Positions 27,082 through 36,451 of a stretch of DNA of 64,000 bases are shown here, one piece after another. Source of the stretch: Gemmatimonadaceae bacterium (GTDB lineage Bacteria > Gemmatimonadota > Gemmatimonadetes > Gemmatimonadales > Gemmatimonadaceae); assembly GCA_051859245.1 (NCBI GenBank), contig JBHYGA010000004.1:576001-640000 (forward strand), read 5' to 3'. Under the pieces are notes generated by a model that worked only from the letters and a program-made list of their open reading frames with translations, did not search any database and was not told where the DNA came from. Positions within the stretch are counted from its first letter, which is position 1. Each line of letters opens with the position of its first letter. Both the position numbers and the translations under genes were made by a program.

Positions 27082-28491
27082 TGCCAATTGTTCGTTGGCT
27101 AACTGCTCAACGGCGGCCGCCATGCGATCGAGCGGGTGTGTGCCGTTGCTGCACCACGGCAGCCCCATGCTGCTGCGCACCGTGCCATCAACGGCAAACT
27201 CCACGCGCAGCGATTCGCGCAGATTCCCAACCGAGGTGCACTGGCTTCCCTGCAGTCGTACCATAGCGGGGAGTGATGCAAGATCCAGAGAAACGATGAG
27301 TTGTTGAAGGCGTGTCACCTGCGCTGGTGCAACGTGCGCGGTATCGTTTGGTGTGCTGCCGCTGGTGGCTTGCACCCAGCGACGGAGTCGACCATCGGTG
27401 GCGAGTTCAATGCGCGTTTGCTGACACGTTGGCGAACAGCGCACACGCTGCACCGCCACCACAAGCTCGTTCGCCTGAATATCTGAGCTGACCGTGATGA
27501 AGGGCGCGTCGCGTGATTCGGTTTCGCTCATCATGGGCGCGCCCGCAGCGGTGGCCGCGGCGCCCGTAAAACTGCGTTGCGCTGACGGTGCGGCCGGCAC
27601 CACCGACATTGCGGAGATCGACGGCCGCTGCGCCGGATCGGCGGCCACGCGACCCCCGGTGCGCTCAAGCGGCGAGGCCATCGATTCCGGCGGTGGCACA
27701 AGTGCTCGCGCGCGACTCTGGAGCGCAGCGTCTGACGTTGACGCCTTGGCGGCACTTCGGTTGCCGGCGACATCGAGCTCGGCCGATTTCGGCGCCACGT
27801 TGGCTGCGACGGGTGCGCGCTGCGGCGCCACGGCGGGCACCGTGCCAGCCGCTTCAGTACGAGTGTCGACACGCGTATCAGCACGCGCGGCATCAGAGGC
27901 TTGTGCGACCGCATCCGGCGCTGCTGCATCGGCCATACCAATCGCAGGCGCCACTGCGTCAGGAGTGCGCAGTTCGGGTGGCGCGATCTCGCGTGCGGCG
28001 ATGTCGCGTTCCGCGATGTCGCGTTCCGCGATGTCGCGTTCCGAGATGTCGCGTACCGACACGGGCTCGCGATTCGCCACGAAGACGCCGGTGACACCGA
28101 TCATCAGCAGCGCCGCGATGCTTCCCCAGCGTGTCCAGGAAACGGACGAGCGCGGTGGTGTGATGCTCGCGTGTGCAGTGGTGTTGTGCACGTGCGGTGT
28201 TGATACTGCTGTCGTTGCCGCCGTTGCGGCCGCCGTGGCTGCCGCCGTTGCGGCCGCCGGCAGCACATTGGCTGGCACACTATCGAGCGCACCAAGAATG
28301 CGCGATGACGCGGCAATCAAACCACGAGCCTCCGCCACGCGTGCGGCGAACTCCGGACTTGAGCGCACGAGCGCGTCGTACTGCGCACTCGTTGCTGCAT
28401 CGAGCTGACCGTCGAGCCACTCGTGGATCATGCCTTCGTCTGGAAGCGCGTCGCTGTGCGACGTGCTGCGCGTACGATCATCCTGCGACAT
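27064..28491 (-). CDS. Transmembrane anti-sigma factor with low-complexity linker and C-terminal Cys-containing domain
   Basis: Overlaps sigma gene; 'PDEGMIHEWLDGQL' anti-sigma domain; TM 'WGSIAALLMIGVTGVFV'; Ala/Pro-rich linker; 'RCSPTC...C...C' C-domain. Confidence 0.7.
   Translation of the reverse strand: MSQDDRTRSTSHSDALPDEGMIHEWLDGQLDAATSAQYDALVRSSPEFAARVAEARGLIAASSRILGALDSVPANVLPAAATAAATAAATAATTAVSTPHVHNTTAHASITPPRSSVSWTRWGSIAALLMIGVTGVFVANREPVSVRDISERDIAERDIAERDIAAREIAPPELRTPDAVAPAIGMADAAAPDAVAQASDAARADTRVDTRTEAAGTVPAVAPQRAPVAANVAPKSAELDVAGNRSAAKASTSDAALQSRARALVPPPESMASPLERTGGRVAADPAQRPSISAMSVVPAAPSAQRSFTGAAATAAGAPMMSETESRDAPFITVSSDIQANELVVAVQRVRCSPTCQQTRIELATDGRLRRWVQATSGSTPNDTAHVAPAQVTRLQQLIVSLDLASLPAMVRLQGSQCTSVGNLRESLRVEFAVDGTVRSSMGLPWCSNGTHPLDRMAAAVEQLANEQLANGARR
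27983..28057. repeat. 15-bp in-frame tandem repeat (3 perfect + 2 degenerate units) encoding (ERDIA)n
   Basis: GCGATGTCGCGTTCC x3 at 27998-28042, flanked by GCGATCTCGCGTGCG and GAGATGTCGCGTACC. Confidence 0.9.
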
Positions 28492-28993
28492 GGTCCCGCC
28501 CCTCCGCGCTCTGTTGTAGCGCTTCATAGTGCTCAGCGAGGCGTCGGCGCGCTCGCGAAAGTGTTGTACCTACCGAACTGCGTGTAATGTCGAGCGCCGA
28601 AGCGATTTCGTCGTAGTCGAGTCCTTCTTCGCGCATCAATAACGCCAATCGGTCGCGTTCAGCGAGTGCGTCAATCGCTTTTCGTGCAAACGCGCGCGAT
28701 TCGTCGCGCTCCATGGACGTCACTTCCGGTTCAACCACGCGATCGCGTTCTTCGTTGGCGAGCAGTTCGAGACGTGCGCGCTGTCGCGATGCCTTGCGCG
28801 CGTCGTCACGCACCAGATTCGTCGCCACCGCGAACAACCAGGAACGCTCACTCGTGAGCGACTCCTGTCGAAGTGCGCGCAGGAACGTTTCCTGCGCGAT
28901 CTCCTCAGCCCAGTCGCGATCACCCAACCGACGCGTGAGATACCGCACGAGTGGTTGATGATAAAGTCGGAACAGCCGGTCCACGTCTTCCAT
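28478..28993 (-). CDS. ECF sigma-70 factor
   Basis: 'AEEIAQETFLRA', 'SWLFAVATNLVRD', 'GLDYDEIA..L..TRSSVGTTLSRARRRL'. Confidence 0.92.
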   Translation of the reverse strand: MEDVDRLFRLYHQPLVRYLTRRLGDRDWAEEIAQETFLRALRQESLTSERSWLFAVATNLVRDDARKASRQRARLELLANEERDRVVEPEVTSMERDESRAFARKAIDALAERDRLALLMREEGLDYDEIASALDITRSSVGTTLSRARRRLAEHYEALQQSAEGRDHVAG

Positions 28994-29045
28994 GAATGAT
29001 GCTACCCGCGTGGCGTGTTGGTGATGCGTGTCGGGCGATGAACGA

Positions 29046-31316
29046 CTACCATCGCTCGACCAGCTGCCGAACCGTGGCGGCATCGAGACGGTCTACACCG
29101 TCGGGACTGACCTCAACGAGCACCCGGTTGCCACGAACCCGCACGCGATCGCCGAGCGCCATGGACTCGCGCAGTGCTGGCACGGCCTGCGCAATCGCCA
29201 TCCAGGCGGCACTGAACGGTTTCACGCGAACAGTCTGTTCGGGATGCCAGTTGCGATCCGCAACCAACCGGCGATCCGTCCACACCGAGTCAACGAGATC
29301 GAACAGTCGACCATCCACAACACGGGCGCGGCCAGCATCGGCGTCACGCTCGCCCAGCATCTGATCGGCCGCGGACATCGTAACCACCGCACGCTGTTCC
29401 GCCGCGCGCCGCGCTGATTCAAACGCCACGGCTGGTGCGGCCGCGTTGCCCGCTTTGGCGCTCATGTCTGGCGCCGCAGGCACGCTGATAAGGCGTGTAC
29501 CAGAGCCTCCGGCAGTCGCGCCACGCGTTCGCTGCGCGACACCCGCGTTTGGTTCGAGCACCAGATACGAGGTGAGCGGTGTTGGTACGCCAAAGCGTTC
29601 TCCGAGCAACCGCAGTTCATTGTCGATTTCAGCGTTGGCGCCGTGTCGACGACGTTCGGCGTCCAGCGCCGCCACGCGTTGCACCGCCCAGAGTCGCGGT
29701 ACAAATGCGTTCATGCTGTCACGTGCGCTGAAGTGATACGTGGACTGCACCACGCGTGTCTCGCCGCCGCTTACACCGGTCACGCGAAGGCGACCGCTTG
29801 ATGATCCGGTGTATCGGGCCAGGAACACCAGCTCCTGACCGGCCATGAGGTCCGTGCCATACGGCGCGTACAGCTGACGCAGCTGTCCGCCATCCAGCTG
29901 CACGCGCACATTGGCGAGCAGCGGTGCGGACAGTCGCTGCGCGGTGACCGCGACGGCGCGCTCAACCGATTCATCCGGTCGCACAAACTGTGCGGCACCG
30001 CGCGCGCCGAGCGCGATCTGCTCGACCAGTGATGCATCAACGTCTTCACCCACGCCAAACGTGAACACGCGCGCGTCGCCGCGCCACGCACTGGTGCTGT
30101 CGAGAATGGCAGCGGAGCGCAGTCCGTTGGTGGGCTGTCCGTCCGTGACGAGCAGTACGAGCGGCAAACGCGACTCGTCGCGAGACCGATCGCGTTCACT
30201 CGTGAGCGCCTCGCGCAAGGCATCACCGATATTCGTGCCACCGCGCGCCTCCAGTGCGTCGAGCCAGCTGCGCGCGCGGCGCACATTAACCGGTGTGGCG
30301 TCGACAAGCGCCGGCGATTGCGCCGTGATCTCATCGGAGAACGCGATCAGACGAAATCGATCGTTCGGTTGCAGCGATGACAGCAATGCTTTGCCAGCTG
30401 CAATGGCCTGCGTCATCTTTGTGCCCTGCATACTGCCGGATACGTCAAGCACAAGTGCGATGTCTCTCGGCATGGCGCGCGGAGTTTCGCGAGGCGGCGA
30501 CACGATCACCAGCGCATGGCGCTCGCCGCGTGCGTTGTGCGTGAGCACGGTGACGCCGGCGGCACGACCGGTACTGCGAATGGGAAGGTACGCGACCACA
30601 TCACCCGCGCGACCAGTGAGCGAGACATCGCGCACGCGCTGATCACTGCTGTGTGCGCGTGCGTTGACTGTGTGTGTGGGCGACCATGGGGTGCCGAGGC
30701 TGTCGTTGCTCCACCGGATACGGAATGTTCCCGTCGCGCGTTCATCGCGGGGATCGTCTACACCAACCAACGTACCGCTCACGCGCATTGCATCGCCGTC
30801 GCGCGGCAAGACGTGCCGATGTTTCACCACAACCGTGCGTCGCTCGCCCGCGCGAAACGGAAAAATGCGAGTGCGGACCATGCCGAGTCCGGCCCATTCC
30901 ACCAACGCCGGATCACGCAGTTCGCGCACAATGCGTTCGTACGTTTCTTTGGCGCGCGCCGCATCGAGTATTTCACCCGCCACCAATTCTCCGTCGATTT
31001 CGAGTCGCAGTTCTTCAAACGCTGCACCGGCTGGAAGCGGAAACAGAAAGTCTGCCTCGCCCACCGTTGCGCCGCGATTCTCGAAGGTCTCCGTTACCGT
31101 GGTTTGCGCAATGCGACCATTGATATCAATGACGGTGCTGGTGGCAATGCGGGAAACACTGGGTGTGCACGGCAGCGCGGCACGCTCCGTTGGCTGCGGA
31201 CGCGGTCGTGGCACCGCGCAGGATGTGACCACGCGCCCCTGCGCCAACAGCGGCAGCGCGGGCGTGAGGTGCATGGCGAGCGCTGCCAGCAGCGCGAATC
31301 GGGTGGGGATGAACAT
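29046..31316 (-). CDS. Exported VIT (vault/inter-alpha-trypsin) + vWA domain protein
   Basis: Signal peptide; VIT 'EADFLFPLP...YERIVRELRDPALVE'; MIDAS 'DVSGSM', 'GGTNI', 'VTDG'. Confidence 0.9.
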   Translation of the reverse strand: MFIPTRFALLAALAMHLTPALPLLAQGRVVTSCAVPRPRPQPTERAALPCTPSVSRIATSTVIDINGRIAQTTVTETFENRGATVGEADFLFPLPAGAAFEELRLEIDGELVAGEILDAARAKETYERIVRELRDPALVEWAGLGMVRTRIFPFRAGERRTVVVKHRHVLPRDGDAMRVSGTLVGVDDPRDERATGTFRIRWSNDSLGTPWSPTHTVNARAHSSDQRVRDVSLTGRAGDVVAYLPIRSTGRAAGVTVLTHNARGERHALVIVSPPRETPRAMPRDIALVLDVSGSMQGTKMTQAIAAGKALLSSLQPNDRFRLIAFSDEITAQSPALVDATPVNVRRARSWLDALEARGGTNIGDALREALTSERDRSRDESRLPLVLLVTDGQPTNGLRSAAILDSTSAWRGDARVFTFGVGEDVDASLVEQIALGARGAAQFVRPDESVERAVAVTAQRLSAPLLANVRVQLDGGQLRQLYAPYGTDLMAGQELVFLARYTGSSSGRLRVTGVSGGETRVVQSTYHFSARDSMNAFVPRLWAVQRVAALDAERRRHGANAEIDNELRLLGERFGVPTPLTSYLVLEPNAGVAQRTRGATAGGSGTRLISVPAAPDMSAKAGNAAAPAVAFESARRAAEQRAVVTMSAADQMLGERDADAGRARVVDGRLFDLVDSVWTDRRLVADRNWHPEQTVRVKPFSAAWMAIAQAVPALRESMALGDRVRVRGNRVLVEVSPDGVDRLDAATVRQLVERW

Positions 31317-31357
31317 AGCGTTCTCCGGTCGTGGACAACCAATCAGGGTTATCCGGG

Positions 31358-31383
31358 AGACGCCAGGCGCGCGCTCGCTTGCA
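31358..31383 (-). promoter_or_regulatory. Candidate ECF sigma promoter of the VIT-vWA/ECF/anti-sigma operon
   Basis: Minus strand TGCAAG-N15-CGTCT, about 40 nt before the ATG. Confidence 0.4.
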
Positions 31384-31459
31384 CATCACCTCGAGCATCA
31401 GCGACCGACGGGTCGCCCGACCGCCCTCACCGTACCGCCGTCACGCTACCGCCGTCTCA

Positions 31460-32338
31460 CTACCGCTGACGCGCCGGCTCGAAGCTCCGTTCGACCACGT
31501 GCACGGGAACGGCACTCTCCACGGCCGTCGTGACGGTTTGCTGCACCGTACCGGCATCTCGACGAGCAGCCCAGCCGAGTCGAAATGGCGAAGGGGCACT
31601 GCGCAACGCGGCCAGCTGCAATCGACGCGCGACAATTTCGGCGGCTCGATCATCGGCGTCGGGAAGCACCACAACCAGCAGGTCTGGCGCAGCGCGTACG
31701 ATCACCTCGGATGAGCGGATGTGTCGGAGCAGAAAGCGCGCCATGCGTTCGAGACGCGTATTGAGCAGCGCACGCTGCTCCACGGTTTCGGTAAAGTCGT
31801 CTTGCGGCATATGCACCACGCACACACCAACGCGCGCGTCGGCACGTGGCTGCAGCTCGGTGTTCAGCAGATCGAGATAGTCCGCGGTGTACGCGCCCGT
31901 CGCTGCATCGCGCGTGTGCGAATCCGTACGGTCGTTCAGCTCACGTGCCGGTGTCACGCTGACGTCAATCACCACGCCGTGATACGTGACGACATCGCCG
32001 TCAACTCGCGCGTAGCAGGTGTCCAGCAGCGTTCGCACCGTGCCATCGGCGCGCTCAACTTCGCGCGTGAACTCCCGCACCACACCGTCGCGCGCCAAGG
32101 CCTGCATTTCGGCTTGCCACAGCTCGGCTGATCGCAAGCGATCGTGCACGGGCTGCCGGGGGGCGCCGGCGATGTCCGCCACTCCAAGCAGGTCCAGGGC
32201 GACCGGATTGGCGTCAATGACGACGCCGGACGCGTCCATGATGTACACGCCCTCGCGCAGATAACGGACGAGCTCGGAAAGCGACACGCCATCGCTGAAG
32301 CGGCGGGCCGAGGTGTTGCTGGGGTCACGACGTGCCAT
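31460..32338 (-). CDS. PAS domain + degenerate GGDEF-like domain protein
   Basis: PAS 'GVYIMD..G.VIDANP'; 'RDAATGAYT'; 'SSEVIVRAAPDLLVVVLP' in place of D.v.R.GGDEF. Confidence 0.7.
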   Translation of the reverse strand: MARRDPSNTSARRFSDGVSLSELVRYLREGVYIMDASGVVIDANPVALDLLGVADIAGAPRQPVHDRLRSAELWQAEMQALARDGVVREFTREVERADGTVRTLLDTCYARVDGDVVTYHGVVIDVSVTPARELNDRTDSHTRDAATGAYTADYLDLLNTELQPRADARVGVCVVHMPQDDFTETVEQRALLNTRLERMARFLLRHIRSSEVIVRAAPDLLVVVLPDADDRAAEIVARRLQLAALRSAPSPFRLGWAARRDAGTVQQTVTTAVESAVPVHVVERSFEPARQR

Positions 32339-32501
32339 CGAGAGAGCTCCCTGCCGGTTGGGGACGTTGGCGAATGTGGCACCATCAGCGCCTTGGCGCG
32401 AGGGGATTTACACATTCCACGCTCTGCGGTACACCGACCGAATCCGTTTCGTTACGAACGACTCTCTGGCGGTCCGAGAAGCTGCGCGGTAGGCTGCAAC
32501 C

Positions 32502-34637
32502 ATGCCGTTGTCTGGAACCCACCCTGTGGCTGCGGATTGGACGACGCCGCGTCGCCGCGTCCTCGAGGCTCTTGTCGCGAGGGTGATTGACGGTGCGCCG
32601 GAGGCAGACACCGCACGCCTCACTGTGACGGCGGAAGTGCAGCGTCGTATCGCGAGTCTCAGCCCGAGCAAACAGCGCGACCTGCTTCGTGCCCTCGATC
32701 TGCTCGACAGCCGGGTGGCCGGACTCGCGACCATCGGTCGACCGGTGGGTTTCGCGTCGGCCACGGCGACTCAGCAATCGGCGTGGCTCTGGTCGTGGGG
32801 GCAGTCACGCATTCCCCAGTTGCGCACCGCGTATCAGGCGTTCCGACGTCTGTCGCTCGGCGCCCACTACAGCACGCCTTCGGTGGGCGCCGCGATCGGC
32901 TATCCGGGTCCGCTCCACTCGCGGGCCCCCTTGGTTGCGTGGGAGGGTTCGATACCGAACGATAGCGTACCGGGCCAACCGCGCCCCGCGGATGCCTCTG
33001 GCCCCGTGGCTCGCGGTCAGGCCGACCTTCGCCGTGAGCTGAAGGCATCGAATCCGCCGGTCGGCGTGGTGACCGGGTCGATGATAGATCGCGACACGCA
33101 TCGAACCGCCGATGTGGTGGTCATCGGGACAGGCGCTGGGGGAGCCGTGGCCGCGGCCCGGTTGGCTGAAGCCGGCCTTGAGGTGGTGATTCTGGAAGAG
33201 GGCGGCTACTTCAGCGCCGCTGATTTTACCGAGCTGGAGGCGCCATTGGCGGAGCAGTTGTACGCCGACGGTGCGCTGCGCGCGACGGATGATCTCGCGG
33301 TGCAGCTGTTGCAGGGGCGTTCGGTTGGTGGCTCGACCACCATCAACTGGATGATCATGCTGCGCACACCGGAGTTTGTGCTTGACGAGTGGCAGCGGCG
33401 CTTTGGTCTGCATGACTACAGTTCCGCGGCGATGGCGTCCGTATTTGAGCGCGTGGAGCGCGACGTGCATGCGCAGCCCGTCCCGGACGATGCACACTCG
33501 CCCAACAATCGCGTGATTCTCGACGGAGCCCGACAGCTTGGTTGGCGCGCGAGCACGGCGATCATCAACGCGAAAGGGTGCGTGCGCAGCGGGTTCTGTG
33601 GCATCGGGTGTCGATACGACGCAAAACAAGGCACACTGCTCACGTACATTCCCCGTGCGCTGGCGCTGGGCGCCAGGCTGTACAGTGATGCGCGTGTGGA
33701 TCGCATGGAGGTCCGTGAACGCGATGCTGGTGTGTCCACCGCGCCGCTCAAGCGCGTGCACGCTGTGGTGCGCAGCAGTGGTGGCGTACGACATGCGCTC
33801 ACGATTGATACACCGCTTGTTGTGGTGGCTGGCGGTGCCGTCGGAACGCCCGTCTTGCTGCAGCGCTCGGGACTTGGTGGTGGTGCCGTCGGTCGTTTCC
33901 TGCGTTTGCATCCAACCACCGCAACCGTTGGTGTGTTCGACCGACCAATTGTTGGCAGCTCCGGTATTCCGCTGTCCACGATGTGCGATGAGCATTTGCA
34001 GTGGCAGCAGTCAGACTACGGCTTCTGGCTGGAGTGTCCACCGTTTCTTCCGGGTCTCGGCGCCGTCGCCGTTTCGGGGTTTGGTCCGTCGCACGCAAAC
34101 CTGATGCGTCAGTTCGCCACACTGAGTAGCGTGATTGCGCTGACGCGTGACGGTGCCGATGTCGAGCATTCGAGTGGCGGTGTACAGTTGCAGCACAATG
34201 GCGATGTATCGATTCACTACAACTTGGCGGCCGCAGATGCGTTGCGTGTGCAAGCGTCGATCGAAGCAGCGGCGCGACTGCAGCTCGCAGCGGGCGCGCG
34301 CGAAGTCCACACGCTGCACGCCAAGCCGATTGTTGTGCGCAACGAAGCGGACCTTGTGAACATACGGCGTGCGCCGGTGAGCGCCAATCGTGTCACGCTC
34401 TTCAGCGCACACGTGAACGGAACCTGTCGAATGGGAACCAACGCCAGCACCGCTGCGTGTACACCAGAGGGTGAGCGTTTTGGCGCACGCGGTGTGTACG
34501 TTGCTGACGGTTCGTTGTTGCCCACGGCACTCGGCGTGAATCCTCAATCCACGATCATGGCGCTGGCGACGATTGTGTCGGAGCGCATCGCGGCCCGTTA
34601 CGGGTCCGCACACCACCCACAGCGAGAGTACGCATGA
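32502..34637 (+). CDS. GMC-family FAD oxidoreductase (long-chain alcohol oxidase-like)
   Basis: 'DVVVIGTGAGG', 'VGGSTTINW', 'C..SGFCGIGC', 'SAHVNGTCRMG', 'GVNPQSTIMALA'. Confidence 0.9.
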   Translation: MPLSGTHPVAADWTTPRRRVLEALVARVIDGAPEADTARLTVTAEVQRRIASLSPSKQRDLLRALDLLDSRVAGLATIGRPVGFASATATQQSAWLWSWGQSRIPQLRTAYQAFRRLSLGAHYSTPSVGAAIGYPGPLHSRAPLVAWEGSIPNDSVPGQPRPADASGPVARGQADLRRELKASNPPVGVVTGSMIDRDTHRTADVVVIGTGAGGAVAAARLAEAGLEVVILEEGGYFSAADFTELEAPLAEQLYADGALRATDDLAVQLLQGRSVGGSTTINWMIMLRTPEFVLDEWQRRFGLHDYSSAAMASVFERVERDVHAQPVPDDAHSPNNRVILDGARQLGWRASTAIINAKGCVRSGFCGIGCRYDAKQGTLLTYIPRALALGARLYSDARVDRMEVRERDAGVSTAPLKRVHAVVRSSGGVRHALTIDTPLVVVAGGAVGTPVLLQRSGLGGGAVGRFLRLHPTTATVGVFDRPIVGSSGIPLSTMCDEHLQWQQSDYGFWLECPPFLPGLGAVAVSGFGPSHANLMRQFATLSSVIALTRDGADVEHSSGGVQLQHNGDVSIHYNLAAADALRVQASIEAAARLQLAAGAREVHTLHAKPIVVRNEADLVNIRRAPVSANRVTLFSAHVNGTCRMGTNASTAACTPEGERFGARGVYVADGSLLPTALGVNPQSTIMALATIVSERIAARYGSAHHPQREYA

Positions 34638-35257
34638 CCCGAAAGAGTGAGAGCCCCAAGCAACGGGAAAAGCTGGAGCGTAAACGACGTCGATCGGTCG
34701 ATGCCTACACGCGACTGCAGCGCGCGGCCGCATTAACGTCTGCCGCCGCCGACGCGGCGCTGGCACCGTTCGGCTTGTCGGCGAGTCAGCTTGGCGTTCT
34801 CGAGACACTGCAATCGCGCGGCCCGCTGCATCAGCAGGAGCTGGCGCGCACGCTAGGTCGGAGCAAGGCGCAAATGACCGCGATCATTGACGCGCTCGAA
34901 AAGCGCGGTGCCGCCACGCGCGAGCGCCATGCAACGGACCGTCGCTTTACCACCGTGCATTTGACCGACGTTGGGGCCGCGCTGCTCGCCGAGGCGGTGC
35001 CAGTTCGCGTGGATGCGGTGACGTCGATTATGACCGCGCTGTCGGGTGAGCAGCGAGCACGTCTGGCCCGACTGTCTCGCCGCCTGATCAAGGCGCTGGC
35101 GCCGGAAGAGGATGAGCGAGAAGCGGCGGACGATCACGCCGACCTGGACGGCGATGGCGATGATGAGTCAGAGGCGGCCGGTGACGATGCGGAGTTGGAG
35201 GACGGGATAACAATGGGTTCCTCCGAAGACAACGCGGACGGCACGAACACGCGCTAG
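34634..35257 (+). CDS. MarR-family regulator with acidic C-terminal tail
   Basis: 'GLSASQLGVL', 'DRRFTTVHLT..G'; Asp/Glu-rich last ~50 aa. Confidence 0.85.
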   Translation: MTRKSESPKQREKLERKRRRSVDAYTRLQRAAALTSAAADAALAPFGLSASQLGVLETLQSRGPLHQQELARTLGRSKAQMTAIIDALEKRGAATRERHATDRRFTTVHLTDVGAALLAEAVPVRVDAVTSIMTALSGEQRARLARLSRRLIKALAPEEDEREAADDHADLDGDGDDESEAAGDDAELEDGITMGSSEDNADGTNTR

Positions 35258-35267
35258 CTTTGATGGC

Positions 35268-36449
35268 ATGACTGGACGCCATCATCTCTACATCCCGGGG
35301 CCCACGAACGTCCCCGATCGTTTGCTACGCGCGATGCATCGCGCGCAGGAAGACCATCGGTCGGCCACGTTCCCAACGCTGACCCGCAGCATTCTTGATC
35401 GCTTGCCGGCGGTTGTGGGCAGTTCGGCCGCCACGCCATTTGTTTTTCCTGCATCGGGCAGTGCGATGTGGGAGGCGGCGTTGGTGAACAGTGTGAATCC
35501 TGGCGCGCGCCTCTTGGCCGTGCGCTTTGGTCAGTTCTCACACCTGTTCATTCAAACGGCGCGCAGCCTTGGCTACACGGTGGATGTGATTGAGGTGCCA
35601 TGGGGTGAAGGCGCCCATCCTGATCTGATTGAAGCCGCGCTGCGTGAGGACACATCGCACGCGATTCAGGGTGTACTGCTGGTGCACAACGAAACCGCAA
35701 CCGGTGTTACCAGCGACGTAGGCGCCGTTCGCGCGGCCATGGATCGTGCGAATCATCCCGCGTTGTTATTCGTTGACGGCGTGAGCTCGATCGCGAGCCT
35801 TGATTTTCAGATGGATGCCTGGCGCGTAGACTGTGCGATTACCGGCTCGCAGAAGGGATTCATGCTGCCCGCCGGACTCGGCATTCTGTACTGCAGCGAA
35901 CGTGTAGTGAACGCGCTGGATCGTGTGACCACACCGCGTGCCTACTTCGATCTGCGCCCGATGCTGGCGAACAATCGTCAGGGATATTTTCCCAGTACGC
36001 CGGCGCTCACGTTGTTGTGGGGACTCAACGAAGCGCTCACGATGTTGCTCGACGAAGGCATGCATCATGTCGCGGCGCGACACGCGCGTTTGGCTGAGGG
36101 CGTGCGCCAGGCGGTACACGCGTGGGGATTGTCGCTCTGTGCAACGGAGCCGCGTTGGTACAGCAATACCGTGAGTGCAATCGTGGTGCCGGACGGTGCA
36201 GATGCACGACGTGTGATCGAGATGGCGGCGTCCCGGTGGAATCTGGCGCTCGGCTCGGGACTCACGCAGTTGGCGGGCAAGGTGTTCCGCATTGGGCACA
36301 TGGGTGATGTGAACGAACTGATGCTCGCGGGTGCGCTTGCCGGCACGGAAATGGCGTTGCTCGACGCCGGGATTTCCGTGACTCCGGGTAGTGGGGTGGC
36401 AGCGGCGTCGGTTTCGTGGCGTGCGGCGACACCCGTGTCGGCTGGGTGA
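35268..36449 (+). CDS. Serine/alanine-glyoxylate aminotransferase (class V PLP)
   Basis: 'IPGPTNVPDR', 'HNETATGV', 'VDGVSS', 'TGSQKG', 'FRIGHMG'. Confidence 0.9.
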   Translation: MTGRHHLYIPGPTNVPDRLLRAMHRAQEDHRSATFPTLTRSILDRLPAVVGSSAATPFVFPASGSAMWEAALVNSVNPGARLLAVRFGQFSHLFIQTARSLGYTVDVIEVPWGEGAHPDLIEAALREDTSHAIQGVLLVHNETATGVTSDVGAVRAAMDRANHPALLFVDGVSSIASLDFQMDAWRVDCAITGSQKGFMLPAGLGILYCSERVVNALDRVTTPRAYFDLRPMLANNRQGYFPSTPALTLLWGLNEALTMLLDEGMHHVAARHARLAEGVRQAVHAWGLSLCATEPRWYSNTVSAIVVPDGADARRVIEMAASRWNLALGSGLTQLAGKVFRIGHMGDVNELMLAGALAGTEMALLDAGISVTPGSGVAAASVSWRAATPVSAG

Positions 36450-36451
36450 GC

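Noticed and set aside
27983..28057. Repeat array as CRISPR
   Set aside because: Contiguous 15-bp units without spacers, in frame within a CDS, and no cas genes
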